Notes: generated by a model from the sequence alone, not told the origin. A stretch of DNA of 64,000 nt from Gemmatimonadota bacterium (GCA_003697105.1 RFFQ01000012.1:5434-69433), one strand, 5' to 3'. Shown: positions 36,262 through 46,071, counted from the first letter of the stretch. Numbers and translations are program-made.

Positions 36262-38847
36262 ATGAAAAAGTTATATTGTATGGTACTCTTATGCATCTTT
36301 TCGAGCGCCGCATGGGCGGGAACTGTCGGTAAAATTGCCGGCACGATCCTAGACAAAGAATCTGGGAAGCCGTTATCAGTCGTATCTGTGCAGGCATTAC
36401 AAGACCATCGCACTGTCGGGCAGGCGATCAGTGATGAAAACGGCAATTATTATATTTTGAATCTTCCCCCCGGCACATATACGTTACAATTTCAACGGAT
36501 CGGCTACCAATTCTATCGTGTGGACGGGCTAACCGTCAACGCGGGACGAACCACCCAGCTCAATGCCACCCTATACAGTGAAGCCTTACCAATGGAAACA
36601 GTGGATGTACGCGGTGAACGAGAATTGGTCACCCGTGATCTCACGGCTTCCCGCTCCATTGTGACCCGCCAACAGTTGGAAGACATTCCTCTGGCAGATT
36701 TCAAGGATATTTTGGAAGTACAAGCAGGCATTTCCACGGATCAAAGCGGTGAAATCCACTTACGCGGGGGGCGCACCGATGAAATTGCCTTTTTTGTGGA
36801 TGGGGTCCGGGTTGAAAATCCATTTTCCGGTGGATTTGATGGTATTTTCAGCAATGATGCCATCCAAGAATTGCAAGTCCTCAGTGGAACGTTCAATGCG
36901 GAATATGGTGACGCGCAATCTGGCGTGGTCAATATCGTTACGCGCGAGGGAGGCTCCCGGTTACACGGAAAGATTGAAATTACATCTGGAGCACTCAATG
37001 CCAGCCCCTACCGCAAACCCAACGCGCTGACGACAGATAAAAATCCATTTGATCCGGAAAATAACCCGCTGGTGTACCAAGAACAGGATGCCCTCGACCA
37101 ACTGAAGCCGCTGATCCCCGCCGAAGGGGAGATTGAGGGATACCTCAGCGGGCGCATTCCCCAATTGCCGGAAGTCAATTTTTTCATTTCCACCCGCTAT
37201 CTGAATGAAAACTCCCAATTACCGCATGGTTACAATCTGGAACGCAACACTTTCGGAAAATTGACCTTCCGCTATGCCAATTTCAAATGGTCGCCATTCG
37301 TGGATGTGAGTAACCGCCAATACCAACCTTACCGGCACAGCTACAAATACGCCCCGGAGCGGCAAAATCAACGGGAAAAAGATCGAACCCGAATCGGGTT
37401 GAATATGACCCACACGGTCAGTCCAAGCCTATTTTACCAGCTCAACATCGCGCAGACAACCCAAACAGAGGATGCGTTTGTCCCGGGCCAGCCCCGGGAT
37501 GAACTCGACCTACCCAGTTACGACCCAGAGTTTGAGTTTGTGATTGATGGCGCCGACCTTATGTGGGCAACGGAACTAAAAACAGTACTGTTCAAGGGAG
37601 ATGTTACCGCCCAAGTCACCCCGAGGCACCAGCTCAAATGGGGGGCAGAACTACAACATCATTCGATTCAATATGCCGGCATTCGCCCTTTAGGTACGTT
37701 TGCCCGCTCCTTTTATCGCAATGAATATCTCCAAAAACCGCTGGAAGGTGCCGTGTATGCGCAGGATAAAATCGAATTAAACTACATGGTCGCCAATATC
37801 GGGCTGCGGTTGGATTTTCTGGATACAAATACCCCTGCATTAGCAGACCCCAGTGATGTCACATCCGGTATCATTGATGCCGAAACAAAAATCCAGTTGA
37901 GTCCCCGGATCGGGCTAGCCGTTCCGGTTAGCGAAGCCACCGTGGTACATTTTTCCTACGGGCATTTTTTCCAAAATCCAGAATATCAGGATATGTTCCA
38001 AAGCCTCGACATCATCCGCAACCCAGCACCACTGGACACATTAGCGCAAGTATTCATGGGTAACCCCAATGCCGATCCCCAGAAGACGGTCGCTTTTGAA
38101 GCCGGAATTCAACATCAATTTCATACGGATTGGCTAATTCATGCCACAGCGTTTTACCGGGATATTACCGATCTGCTGGGGGGTACCGGCAGTGTGCGCA
38201 CCTATCAGGATGGAGCGCAAATCAGCTACGCTTACATGGATAACGTGGATTTTGCCAATGTCAAAGGCATTGAATTCACGCTGGCACGCACGGGTAACCG
38301 GTATATTAACGGGCAGTTGGCATATACTCTGATGTACGCCAAGGGTAACAATGCGACACCGGAATCCGGCATTTACGAAGTCCTAACCGCCGATACCGTG
38401 ACCACGTATCGCGATTATTATCTTTCATTTGATCGCCGTCACGATATTGCCGTATCGATTGATTTGACCGTTCCACCGGATGAAGGATGGGGGGTACTTG
38501 ATGATATATCCGTTAAAGTGATTGCTCAGGCGGCAAGCGGATTCCCCTACACGCCGGTCAGCCGTATGGGATTTGATGAGGATGTTGAGCCGAATTCAGC
38601 GCGGCAGCCGTGGACAGCAACGGTTGATCTGCGGGCGCAAAAGCAAATCCAAGCCGCCCAAGCCACACTCGCTTTCTTTTTGGAAGTAACCAACCTCTTT
38701 GACCGAATCAATCCCTTGTTTGTCAACCCACAAACGGGGCAATTGTGGGAGACCCCCCGGGAACTTGCCAATTATGACGCCGTGTACAATCCGGCATTGG
38801 CGGACCAGCGCCGGATCGTAAAGGCTGGGTTGAAAGTTGAGTTTTAA
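36262..38847 (+). CDS. TonB-dependent receptor with an N-terminal carboxypeptidase-regulatory-like domain (no adjacent SusD)
   Basis: 861 aa. The CarboxypepD_reg-type start reads 'GKIAGTILDKESGKPLSVVSVQAL...GNYYILNLPPGTYTL'. The plug reads 'IHLRGGRTDEIAFFVDGVRVENP...LSGTFNAEYGDAQSGVVNIVTREG'. The terminal sequence is 'GLKVEF'. Confidence 0.9.
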   Translation: MKKLYCMVLLCIFSSAAWAGTVGKIAGTILDKESGKPLSVVSVQALQDHRTVGQAISDENGNYYILNLPPGTYTLQFQRIGYQFYRVDGLTVNAGRTTQLNATLYSEALPMETVDVRGERELVTRDLTASRSIVTRQQLEDIPLADFKDILEVQAGISTDQSGEIHLRGGRTDEIAFFVDGVRVENPFSGGFDGIFSNDAIQELQVLSGTFNAEYGDAQSGVVNIVTREGGSRLHGKIEITSGALNASPYRKPNALTTDKNPFDPENNPLVYQEQDALDQLKPLIPAEGEIEGYLSGRIPQLPEVNFFISTRYLNENSQLPHGYNLERNTFGKLTFRYANFKWSPFVDVSNRQYQPYRHSYKYAPERQNQREKDRTRIGLNMTHTVSPSLFYQLNIAQTTQTEDAFVPGQPRDELDLPSYDPEFEFVIDGADLMWATELKTVLFKGDVTAQVTPRHQLKWGAELQHHSIQYAGIRPLGTFARSFYRNEYLQKPLEGAVYAQDKIELNYMVANIGLRLDFLDTNTPALADPSDVTSGIIDAETKIQLSPRIGLAVPVSEATVVHFSYGHFFQNPEYQDMFQSLDIIRNPAPLDTLAQVFMGNPNADPQKTVAFEAGIQHQFHTDWLIHATAFYRDITDLLGGTGSVRTYQDGAQISYAYMDNVDFANVKGIEFTLARTGNRYINGQLAYTLMYAKGNNATPESGIYEVLTADTVTTYRDYYLSFDRRHDIAVSIDLTVPPDEGWGVLDDISVKVIAQAASGFPYTPVSRMGFDEDVEPNSARQPWTATVDLRAQKQIQAAQATLAFFLEVTNLFDRINPLFVNPQTGQLWETPRELANYDAVYNPALADQRRIVKAGLKVEF

Positions 38848-38868
38848 TGCCCCGGATCAGGAGATACT

Positions 38869-39840
38869 ATGAAAAAGTGGACCATCTTTAGCCTCATGCT
38901 GTTGTTTTCCGTTGCGACCGCAAATGCCGCTTCCAACACCGGCACGGTCGCGGCACAATTCCTAAAAATCGGGGTTGGTGCGCAAGCCGCCGCAATGGGT
39001 GGCGCCACGACCGCCCACGTCAATGACCCCGCCGCACTGTATTGGAACGTGGGTGCATTAGCCCATCTCAACCAACCAGCATTGTACGGTGCCCATACGG
39101 AATGGTTCGCCGGTATTCAGCATGATTTTATTGGGCTGACGCTGCCAATCGGCGCAAATAACATCCTCGGTTTGAGCCTGATCGCTCTGACCACCGGGGA
39201 CATTGAACAGACCACCCTCTCCCAACAAGATGGCACCGGCATTTTTTATGACGTAGCGGATATCGCCTTAGGAATTTCTGCCGCCCGGCAACTCACAGAT
39301 CGCTTTTCCGTTGGTGTGACCGGTAAATACGTCCGGCAAACCGTCTGGAACGAAAGCGCCGCCACGTTTGCCTTTGATATTGGGGCATTGATGATCACCG
39401 ATCTGCACGGGATGCGCTTGGGGATGCAATTTTCCAATCTGAGCGGCGACCTCAAACTGAACGGGTCGGATCTGCTGGCTGGTGACGGTACCCAACAGGT
39501 AACGGAATCGTACGCCTTGCCTGTGCGGTTTCAGTTTGGAATTGCCCTCGATGTGGTGGGGCACAACATGCCGGAAGCGCCACACCGGCTCACCGTAGCC
39601 ATTGACGGCACTCATCCCGGGGACGGAGCAGAAACCCTGCATTTGGGGCTGGAGTACGCCCATAAAACGTGGCTCTTTTTACGTTCTGGATATGTAATCA
39701 ATCATGATACGGCAGATGTCTCGTTTGGCGGCGGGGTGCGCTGGAGTTTGGCGCAGACGCCGTTTCAACTGGATTATGCCTACGCCGATTTGGGGCTGTT
39801 GGACGATGTCCAACGGGTGAGTCTGAAGTTGAATTTTTAA
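38869..39840 (+). CDS. PorV/PorQ-family outer-membrane beta-barrel protein (T9SS-associated)
   Basis: 323 aa with a signal peptide and the family-typical 'GTVAAQFLKIGVGAQAAAMGGATTAHVNDPAALYWNVGALA'. It ends in '...SLKLNF' and starts 21 nt after the TonB receptor stop. Confidence 0.78.
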   Translation: MKKWTIFSLMLLFSVATANAASNTGTVAAQFLKIGVGAQAAAMGGATTAHVNDPAALYWNVGALAHLNQPALYGAHTEWFAGIQHDFIGLTLPIGANNILGLSLIALTTGDIEQTTLSQQDGTGIFYDVADIALGISAARQLTDRFSVGVTGKYVRQTVWNESAATFAFDIGALMITDLHGMRLGMQFSNLSGDLKLNGSDLLAGDGTQQVTESYALPVRFQFGIALDVVGHNMPEAPHRLTVAIDGTHPGDGAETLHLGLEYAHKTWLFLRSGYVINHDTADVSFGGGVRWSLAQTPFQLDYAYADLGLLDDVQRVSLKLNF

Positions 39841-39868
39841 TTAGGGTCTCTAAATTTGAGGTAATTCA

Positions 39869-42800
39869 ATGCGATATATTTCATATAGCTTACTGATTTT
39901 ATGGGTGTTATTTGGAAGTAGTGTCCGTGCGGACTCTAGCATCCATCATGACATCCATGTGATGGAACTAAACCCTGCCGAGCATACCATTCGTGTGAAA
40001 GACGAAATTACCATTCCGGCAGACCGGCTAAGCCCGGAAGTCCATTTTTTACTACACGGCGACTTGATGGTGACGGAGTCGTCCATCTCTTACCGCCGCC
40101 AGCGGGAAGCCGCCGCGGAAGATTTTGGCTTGAATCCGGAAGATTTTGAAGCTCCGATGGATATCCCCGTGTTTCATTACATCATCGAGGTTCCAGACCC
40201 GGGTCATGAACTCACCTTTACATTTTATTACGAGGGTACAATCTACCACCCGATTGAGGAGATGTCGGAAGAATACGCCCGCTCATTTAGTGTGTCCCCG
40301 GGGATCATCTCGGCAGAAGGGGTGTATTTGAGCGGCTCATCAATTTGGGTTCCGTGGTTTAATGACGATTTGGTCACGTTTAATCTGGATGTCACGGTGG
40401 ATGCGGCATGGGATGTGATCAGTCAGGGCACACGCGCCGTGCATGAGGTGGTAAACGGAAAAAAACGTGTCCGGTGGGAATCCCCCCAGCCGGTGGATGA
40501 ACCCTTTTTAATTGCCGGACCCTTCACCGAATATGACCGCAATGCAGGTGCCGTCACGGCAATGGTCTTTCTGCGCGAAGCCGATGATGCGGCAACGCTT
40601 GCGGAAAAATATCTGGAAGCCACCGCCCAATATCTGGAAATGTACCGTGAACTGATTGGACCCTACCCGTACACCAAATTTGCGCTGGTGGAAAACTTTT
40701 GGGAAACCGGTTACGGCATGCCTTCCTTCACCTTGCTCGGTCCTAAAATTATCCGTTTCCCGTTTATTTTGCACTCCTCCTATCCCCATGAAATTTTGCA
40801 CAACTGGTGGGGTAACGGCGTTTTTGTCGATTACGATAAGGGCAATTGGTGCGAAGGTCTCACCGCATATATGGCAGATCATTTGATCAAGGAACAGCGC
40901 GGGCAGGCGGTGGAATATCGGCGCTCAACTTTGCAAAAATATGCGGATTATGTTAAAGAGAGTAACGATTTTCCCCTGATTGAGTTTCGTTCCCGCCACA
41001 ATGCGTCCACGGAAGCCATCGGTTACGGAAAATCCCTGATGTTTTTCCACATGTTACGGCAGGAAGTGGGTGACGAACTCTTTGCCCGGGGGATGCGCCA
41101 ATTTTACCGGGAGCAAAAGTTCAAAAAAGCCACTTTTGACGATATTCGCACGGCGTTTGAGAGCCTCACCGGTATTGACCTAAAACCGTTTTTTGAACAA
41201 TGGACTACCCGTACCGGCGCACCGAATTTGGCACTTTCGGATGTCACAGTCACACCCACCGGTGATAAACACCAACTGACATTCCAACTCCGCCAGACCC
41301 AAGCCGGCGACCCTTTTCCCATGCGAGTACCGGTGGCAATCTACTTCGCCAGCCAACCGGAACCGGAAATTCAGCACGTACCGCTTACGTTCAAGTCCCA
41401 ATTCTACCAATTTGAATTCGATCAAGCCCCCGTACGAATCGATGTGGACCCGCAATTTGATGTGTTTCGAGCTGTTGATCCCCATGAAGTTCCCCCGGCG
41501 CTCTCCAAAATTTTTGGGGATGATGAGGTGCTGATGGTGCTACCACGAAATTCTGCATTAGTGGAAGCCTACCAGCAACTAGCTCGTACGTGGAACAAAC
41601 CGGTAGTTTACGCCGATGAACTTGAACACATCCCAGCGGATAAGCCGGTCTGGATTTTAGGATGGGATAATCCCCACCGGTCGATTATTACCAATGGTAT
41701 CAGTGATTATGATGCCGTCATCGGTGAGAGTCAAGTGCGCTTCGGAAAGACGGTTTTGACACGAGAAAATAACAGTTTTGTGGTGGTAGCCCGCCATCCC
41801 CAAAATGTGGAACACGTAGTGGTCTGGTTGGCGACTGATAATCCGGCGGCAATTCCGGGTTTAGCACGCAAACTGCCCCATTACGGCAAATATAGTTATC
41901 TTGTGTTTGAAGGAGATGAACCCACCAACATTGCAAAAGGACAATGGGAAGTGGTGCATTCTCCCTTGAGTGTCACACTGGGCCAGATGACCGTCGAGCC
42001 AAAACTTCCGGAACGGCAGGCATTGGCAGAACTTCCGCCAGTCTTTTCGGCAGATCGGATGATGGCGGATATTCAATTTTTAGCTAGCGCGGAATTACAA
42101 GGTCGCGGCTTTGGTTCGGCAGGTTTAGACCGGGCGGCGGAATACATCCAACAGCAATTTGAGAACGCCGGATTGCAAGTGATCGTTCAGGAATGGTCAG
42201 ATCAAGGGGGTCTCGATAATCAAACGGCGACCCTCAAGAACATCATCGGCATTATTCCGGGCACCCATTCCGGCTGGGAACAGCAATCTGTGGTTATCAG
42301 CGCCCATTACGATCATCTTGGCTTAGGGTGGCCCGATGTGCGACAAGGGAATGAAGGTAAGATTCACTACGGCGCGGATGACAACGCCAGTGGCGTAGCA
42401 GTTTTGCTCGAATTAGCCCGCACCTGGGGCACCAAATTGCAACCCAGCCGGACGATTATTTTAGCAGCATTTACGGCAGAGGAAGCCGGTCGCCGGGGTT
42501 CTAAATATTACGTCGATCATTTTGAGCCATATCCGGCAGATCAGGTAATGGCAAATATCAATCTGGATACCGTCGGGCGTTTGGGTGACGGCAAGATTCA
42601 AGTGATCGGCGGTTCAACCGCCTCAGAATGGAAACACGTGGCGATGGGCGTCAGTTTTGTGACCGGTATCCCCTCTGAGATGGTCACTCAAGATTTAGAT
42701 GCCAGTGATCAAGTCAGTTTCATTGAAAAAGGCATCCCTGCCATCCAGTTGTTTACCGGCGCCCATCTGGATTATCATCGCCCGTCGGATACACCAGATC

Positions 42801-43198
42801 GGATTGATGCCGATGGGCTGGTCAAAGTAGCCATGTTCACCCGCGAGGCAGCACTCTATCTGGCAGAACGAGAACAACCCATGCGTTTTACCGGTAGCCC
42901 CGACAAAGAACCCCCCCCCGTGATGGAAGGAACGCGCCGGGCCACCACCGGTAGTATGCCCGATTTTAGCTATAGCGGCGAAGGGGTGCGTCTGGCAGAA
43001 GTACCGGCAGATTCGCCCGCCGCCAAAGCGGGTCTGCAACCCGGCGATGTGCTGATCCGGGTGAATGAAACACCGATCCCCAATTTGCAAGCGTACACAA
43101 ACGTTCTCAAAGCCCACCAACCCGGTGATGAAGTGCTGGTAACCTTCCAGCGAGATGGCAACGAAAAATCCGCAAAGTTGGTACTCGGCGCCCGATAA
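39869..43198 (+). CDS. Tri-domain secreted peptidase: M1 (gluzincin aminopeptidase-like), M28 aminopeptidase and a C-terminal PDZ
   Basis: 1109 aa with a signal peptide. The M1 part reads 'HEILHNWWGNGVFVDYDKGNWCEGLTAYM' (HExxH-X18-E). The M28 part reads 'VVISAHYDHLG...GADDNASGVAVLLELAR...AAFTAEEAGRRGS...NLDTVG'. The PDZ reads 'PAAKAGLQPGDVLIRVNETPI'. Confidence 0.85.
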   Translation: MRYISYSLLILWVLFGSSVRADSSIHHDIHVMELNPAEHTIRVKDEITIPADRLSPEVHFLLHGDLMVTESSISYRRQREAAAEDFGLNPEDFEAPMDIPVFHYIIEVPDPGHELTFTFYYEGTIYHPIEEMSEEYARSFSVSPGIISAEGVYLSGSSIWVPWFNDDLVTFNLDVTVDAAWDVISQGTRAVHEVVNGKKRVRWESPQPVDEPFLIAGPFTEYDRNAGAVTAMVFLREADDAATLAEKYLEATAQYLEMYRELIGPYPYTKFALVENFWETGYGMPSFTLLGPKIIRFPFILHSSYPHEILHNWWGNGVFVDYDKGNWCEGLTAYMADHLIKEQRGQAVEYRRSTLQKYADYVKESNDFPLIEFRSRHNASTEAIGYGKSLMFFHMLRQEVGDELFARGMRQFYREQKFKKATFDDIRTAFESLTGIDLKPFFEQWTTRTGAPNLALSDVTVTPTGDKHQLTFQLRQTQAGDPFPMRVPVAIYFASQPEPEIQHVPLTFKSQFYQFEFDQAPVRIDVDPQFDVFRAVDPHEVPPALSKIFGDDEVLMVLPRNSALVEAYQQLARTWNKPVVYADELEHIPADKPVWILGWDNPHRSIITNGISDYDAVIGESQVRFGKTVLTRENNSFVVVARHPQNVEHVVVWLATDNPAAIPGLARKLPHYGKYSYLVFEGDEPTNIAKGQWEVVHSPLSVTLGQMTVEPKLPERQALAELPPVFSADRMMADIQFLASAELQGRGFGSAGLDRAAEYIQQQFENAGLQVIVQEWSDQGGLDNQTATLKNIIGIIPGTHSGWEQQSVVISAHYDHLGLGWPDVRQGNEGKIHYGADDNASGVAVLLELARTWGTKLQPSRTIILAAFTAEEAGRRGSKYYVDHFEPYPADQVMANINLDTVGRLGDGKIQVIGGSTASEWKHVAMGVSFVTGIPSEMVTQDLDASDQVSFIEKGIPAIQLFTGAHLDYHRPSDTPDRIDADGLVKVAMFTREAALYLAEREQPMRFTGSPDKEPPPVMEGTRRATTGSMPDFSYSGEGVRLAEVPADSPAAKAGLQPGDVLIRVNETPIPNLQAYTNVLKAHQPGDEVLVTFQRDGNEKSAKLVLGAR

Positions 43199-43383
43199 TA
43201 ATGGAATTACCCGAGCGGTGGCACAACACCGTCTCCCAAACCGGTATTAAGCTCATTACCAGCGGGAACGGTATTCATAACAACCAACCCTTGCCCGGTG
43301 TCACAAATGGCAAGGGTGAAACGTAGAAAAATACGGTAAACTATAATCTTTTCATTCTCACCTTTTAAATTTAAGGAGTTCAT

Positions 43384-44517
43384 ATGACGCGGTACATTGT
43401 AATCGTAATGAGCATTCTGTTTTTCACCCTTTCACTTTCGGCGGAAGAAACCCTCCTACCGGACCAACTGAAAGATTCACGGGAGGTTCATCTTCAAAAT
43501 ATTAAACAATTAACTTTCGGCGGGCAAAATGCAGAAGCCTATTTTTCATTTGACGGGCAACGATTAACATACCAATCGACCCCCCGTGACGGAAAATGCG
43601 ATCAGATTTATCACATGAATATTGACGGCAGTGATAAACGGATGGTCAGTACAGGCAAGGGAATCACGACGTGTTCCTTCATGTATCCTGATGGGAAGCA
43701 CTTTTTGTATGCCTCCACCCATGAAGGGAACCCGGACTGCCCCCCACCACCGGACATGAGTCAAGGATATGTATGGCGTTTGGAAAAAGAGTATGACATT
43801 TACAAAGCGGATATGGAAGGCAATATTGTTCAAAAATTGACCGATACTCCCGGCTATGATGCCGAGGCGGTCATCTCCCCGACCGGTGACAAAATCGTGT
43901 TTACCAGCGTTCGCAGTGGTGATTTGGAACTTTGGACAATGGATTTGGACGGTAGTAACCTCAAACAGTTGACAAACACCCCCGGTTATGATGGGGGTGC
44001 GTTTTTCTCCCGCGATGGGAAAAAAATTGTGTGGCGTGCCAGCCGGTTTGAAAACGATCCGGAAGGGTTAGCCGATTACCAACGCTTGCTCAAAATGGGC
44101 ATGATCCGACCCTCTAAACTGGATATTTACATAATGGACGCCGATGGCTCGAATGTCCAACGCGTCACGCATTTTAACAAAGCCAGCTTCGGCCCCTATT
44201 TTCATCCTTCTGGCGAAAAGATCATTTTTTCAAGCAACTTAGGTGATCCCAAAGGGCGGGAGTTTGATCTATACTTGATCAATATTGATGGTAGCGGTCT
44301 GGAGCAGATCACCTTTACGCCGGAATTTGACGGCTTCCCCATGTTCAGTCTGGATGGGAAAAAACTCGTCTGGGGGTCCAACCGGTTTAATGAGTTACCC
44401 CGGGAAACCAATGTGTTTATTTGCGATTGGGTGGATCAACCGCTAAAATCAAACCTCACACCAGCTAAACGCGGTAAAGCCCGCCGGGTGAGTGGAGAAT
44501 CCAGTCACACCCAATAA
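43384..44517 (+). CDS. Secreted PD40/TolB-like beta-propeller repeat protein
   Basis: 377 aa with a signal peptide and repeated '..DG..IVFTS.RSGD.ELW.MDLDGSNLKQLT' units (for example 'IMDADGSNVQRVT', 'INIDGSGLEQIT'). Confidence 0.82.
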   Translation: MTRYIVIVMSILFFTLSLSAEETLLPDQLKDSREVHLQNIKQLTFGGQNAEAYFSFDGQRLTYQSTPRDGKCDQIYHMNIDGSDKRMVSTGKGITTCSFMYPDGKHFLYASTHEGNPDCPPPPDMSQGYVWRLEKEYDIYKADMEGNIVQKLTDTPGYDAEAVISPTGDKIVFTSVRSGDLELWTMDLDGSNLKQLTNTPGYDGGAFFSRDGKKIVWRASRFENDPEGLADYQRLLKMGMIRPSKLDIYIMDADGSNVQRVTHFNKASFGPYFHPSGEKIIFSSNLGDPKGREFDLYLINIDGSGLEQITFTPEFDGFPMFSLDGKKLVWGSNRFNELPRETNVFICDWVDQPLKSNLTPAKRGKARRVSGESSHTQ

Positions 44518-44575
44518 AAATAAATCGTAAAACATGACCTAAATCAAGGTCTCTTATTCCTGTTTTGGGTATAAT

Positions 44576-44613
44576 ATATGCCGTATTGAATTCACTGCCA
44601 ATACGGCATATTT
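44576..44613 (+). terminator. 13-bp perfect hairpin between the PD40 gene and the small zinc-ribbon gene
   Basis: ATATGCCGTATTG-(10 nt)-CAATACGGCATAT is followed by TTTCC. It overlaps a TATAAT box at 44570..44575, so it could be a terminator or a 5'-UTR structure. Confidence 0.45.
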
Positions 44614-44641
44614 CCTACATCAATCGTTAAGGGAGTCGTAT

Positions 44642-44836
44642 ATGTCTCAGCCAGTTTCCAATCCCCATTGTGTCTATTGCCAACGCACCAGTGATCAAGT
44701 TCCGTTGATACCCATCATGTTCAAAGGGGAAGAATTGCATATTTGTTCCCAGCACATGCCGGTACTCATCCATCATCCTGAGCAACTTGCGGAATTTATG
44801 CCCGGCACCGAAAATTTGGAAGGACATCAGCATTAA
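44642..44836 (+). CDS. Small (64 aa) putative zinc-ribbon protein (CxxC...CxxH, ClpX-ZB-like spacing)
   Basis: AGGGAG SD. The ligands are 'HCVYC' (C10, C13) and 'ICSQH' (C35, H38). The stop overlaps the next start (TAATG). Confidence 0.55.
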   Translation: MSQPVSNPHCVYCQRTSDQVPLIPIMFKGEELHICSQHMPVLIHHPEQLAEFMPGTENLEGHQH

Positions 44837-45612
44837 TGGCAAAAAATTGGAAACCCCCACTGCCCAAAGAACACGGGGCGTGGGGGATTCTTATCGGTTC
44901 ATTTTTAGTGGTGCCCGCATTAGAACACCAATTTACCATCGCTATGGGCATCTTTTTGATAGGGTTACTCTGCCTCTACATCTTTAGTCAAGGAGTGTTG
45001 GTCTGTCTCAAACGGCAATTACAATTGCAAGATTGGCTCTGGTTAGGGTGTTTTGGCGGTGGGGGTATGCTCTTGTTGGGCATATCCCTTATGCTGGCGC
45101 AGACCCTTTTTCCACTCTGGGGGCTCACACTGATGATCCCCTTCTGGTTGGTCCAATGGGCACTGATCCGTGCCCGAATGCAACGTACTATTTTTGCTTA
45201 TTTACTGGGTAGCATTGGGTTATCTGTAGTTGCACCACTCACGTTACTACTGATCGAGCCTCACCTCACACCCCATCTGATATGGGTTTGGCTACTGGCG
45301 GCATTGTTTTACAGTAGCGCCATCTTATTTGTACAATATCTGATCATCAATTTGAAACACCAAGAAGAATTGCGGCAACGTTACCGGTTGACCCTGATTA
45401 TCTATCACATCATTCTTTTTGGGTTTCTAATCGGGCTTGTTCGGGGGGTTGAACGTTTGCAATGGGGATTAATTTTGGTGTACACACCGATTACCGCACA
45501 GGTGGTGTGGGGACTTCTCCGGCAGCCTAAAGTCCGCAGTTTTAAAACCGTCGGTTGGATTCAAATTTTACACGGGGTCGTGTTTATCCTGCTAATTTGG
45601 GGATTAGTCTAA
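44836..45612 (+). CDS. YwiC-like family polytopic membrane protein
   Basis: 258 aa. The N-terminal 'LPKEHGAWGILIGSFLV' is the signature I associate with YwiC-like proteins. About 8 TM segments. Confidence 0.65.
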   Translation: MAKNWKPPLPKEHGAWGILIGSFLVVPALEHQFTIAMGIFLIGLLCLYIFSQGVLVCLKRQLQLQDWLWLGCFGGGGMLLLGISLMLAQTLFPLWGLTLMIPFWLVQWALIRARMQRTIFAYLLGSIGLSVVAPLTLLLIEPHLTPHLIWVWLLAALFYSSAILFVQYLIINLKHQEELRQRYRLTLIIYHIILFGFLIGLVRGVERLQWGLILVYTPITAQVVWGLLRQPKVRSFKTVGWIQILHGVVFILLIWGLV

Positions 45613-46071
45613 TCCTCCAGAAAAGGCAATTTCGGTAAAGCCAGAGCGGTTACAGCGGCTCATAACTTCCACAATATCCTCATAAAGCACATCATCTGCA
45701 GGAATCAACACAACGGTTTGAATTTGGGGATGGTCTCTTTTGATTTGTACCAAGCGCGTAGTCAGGCGAGAAAAATCATAGGCTTGACCCGCCCGGCACG
45801 GAATCTGTTCCACCAGCACCCCATCAAGAACCAGATTTAAGCCATCACGGGAGATTCCCACCGCAAACGCCACAATTTCAGGTTCTTCTTCAGATGAAGG
45901 CTCCGCCGGTTCGCCCTCTGCTGGAAGCGAAAATTCAAAAATAGCGGTCTGGGCAAAAACCGCGGTCAGCAACAGGAACGGAATCAGCACTAAAAAAAGA
46001 TTCATCACCGGCAATACATTGACTTCCGCCTCATGGGCACGTTTGCGGTGACGTGAACGACGACGAGACAT
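45604..46071 (-). CDS. exbD: ExbD/TolR-family biopolymer transport protein
   Basis: 155 aa with a basic N-terminus, the TM segment 'VNVLPVMNLFLVLIPFLLL' and a periplasmic domain. Confidence 0.82.
   Translation of the reverse strand: MSRRRSRHRKRAHEAEVNVLPVMNLFLVLIPFLLLTAVFAQTAIFEFSLPAEGEPAEPSSEEEPEIVAFAVGISRDGLNLVLDGVLVEQIPCRAGQAYDFSRLTTRLVQIKRDHPQIQTVVLIPADDVLYEDIVEVMSRCNRSGFTEIAFSGGLD

Noticed and set aside
43199-43320. tRNA-like string 'ACCCGAGCGGTGGCACAACACCG' (class-II D-arm-like) and a 9-bp hairpin at 43286..43316
   Set aside because: No acceptor stem, anticodon arm or GTTCRANYC T-loop can be built around it. The hairpin lacks a U-tract. It is probably just leader/terminator sequence between the peptidase and PD40 genes.
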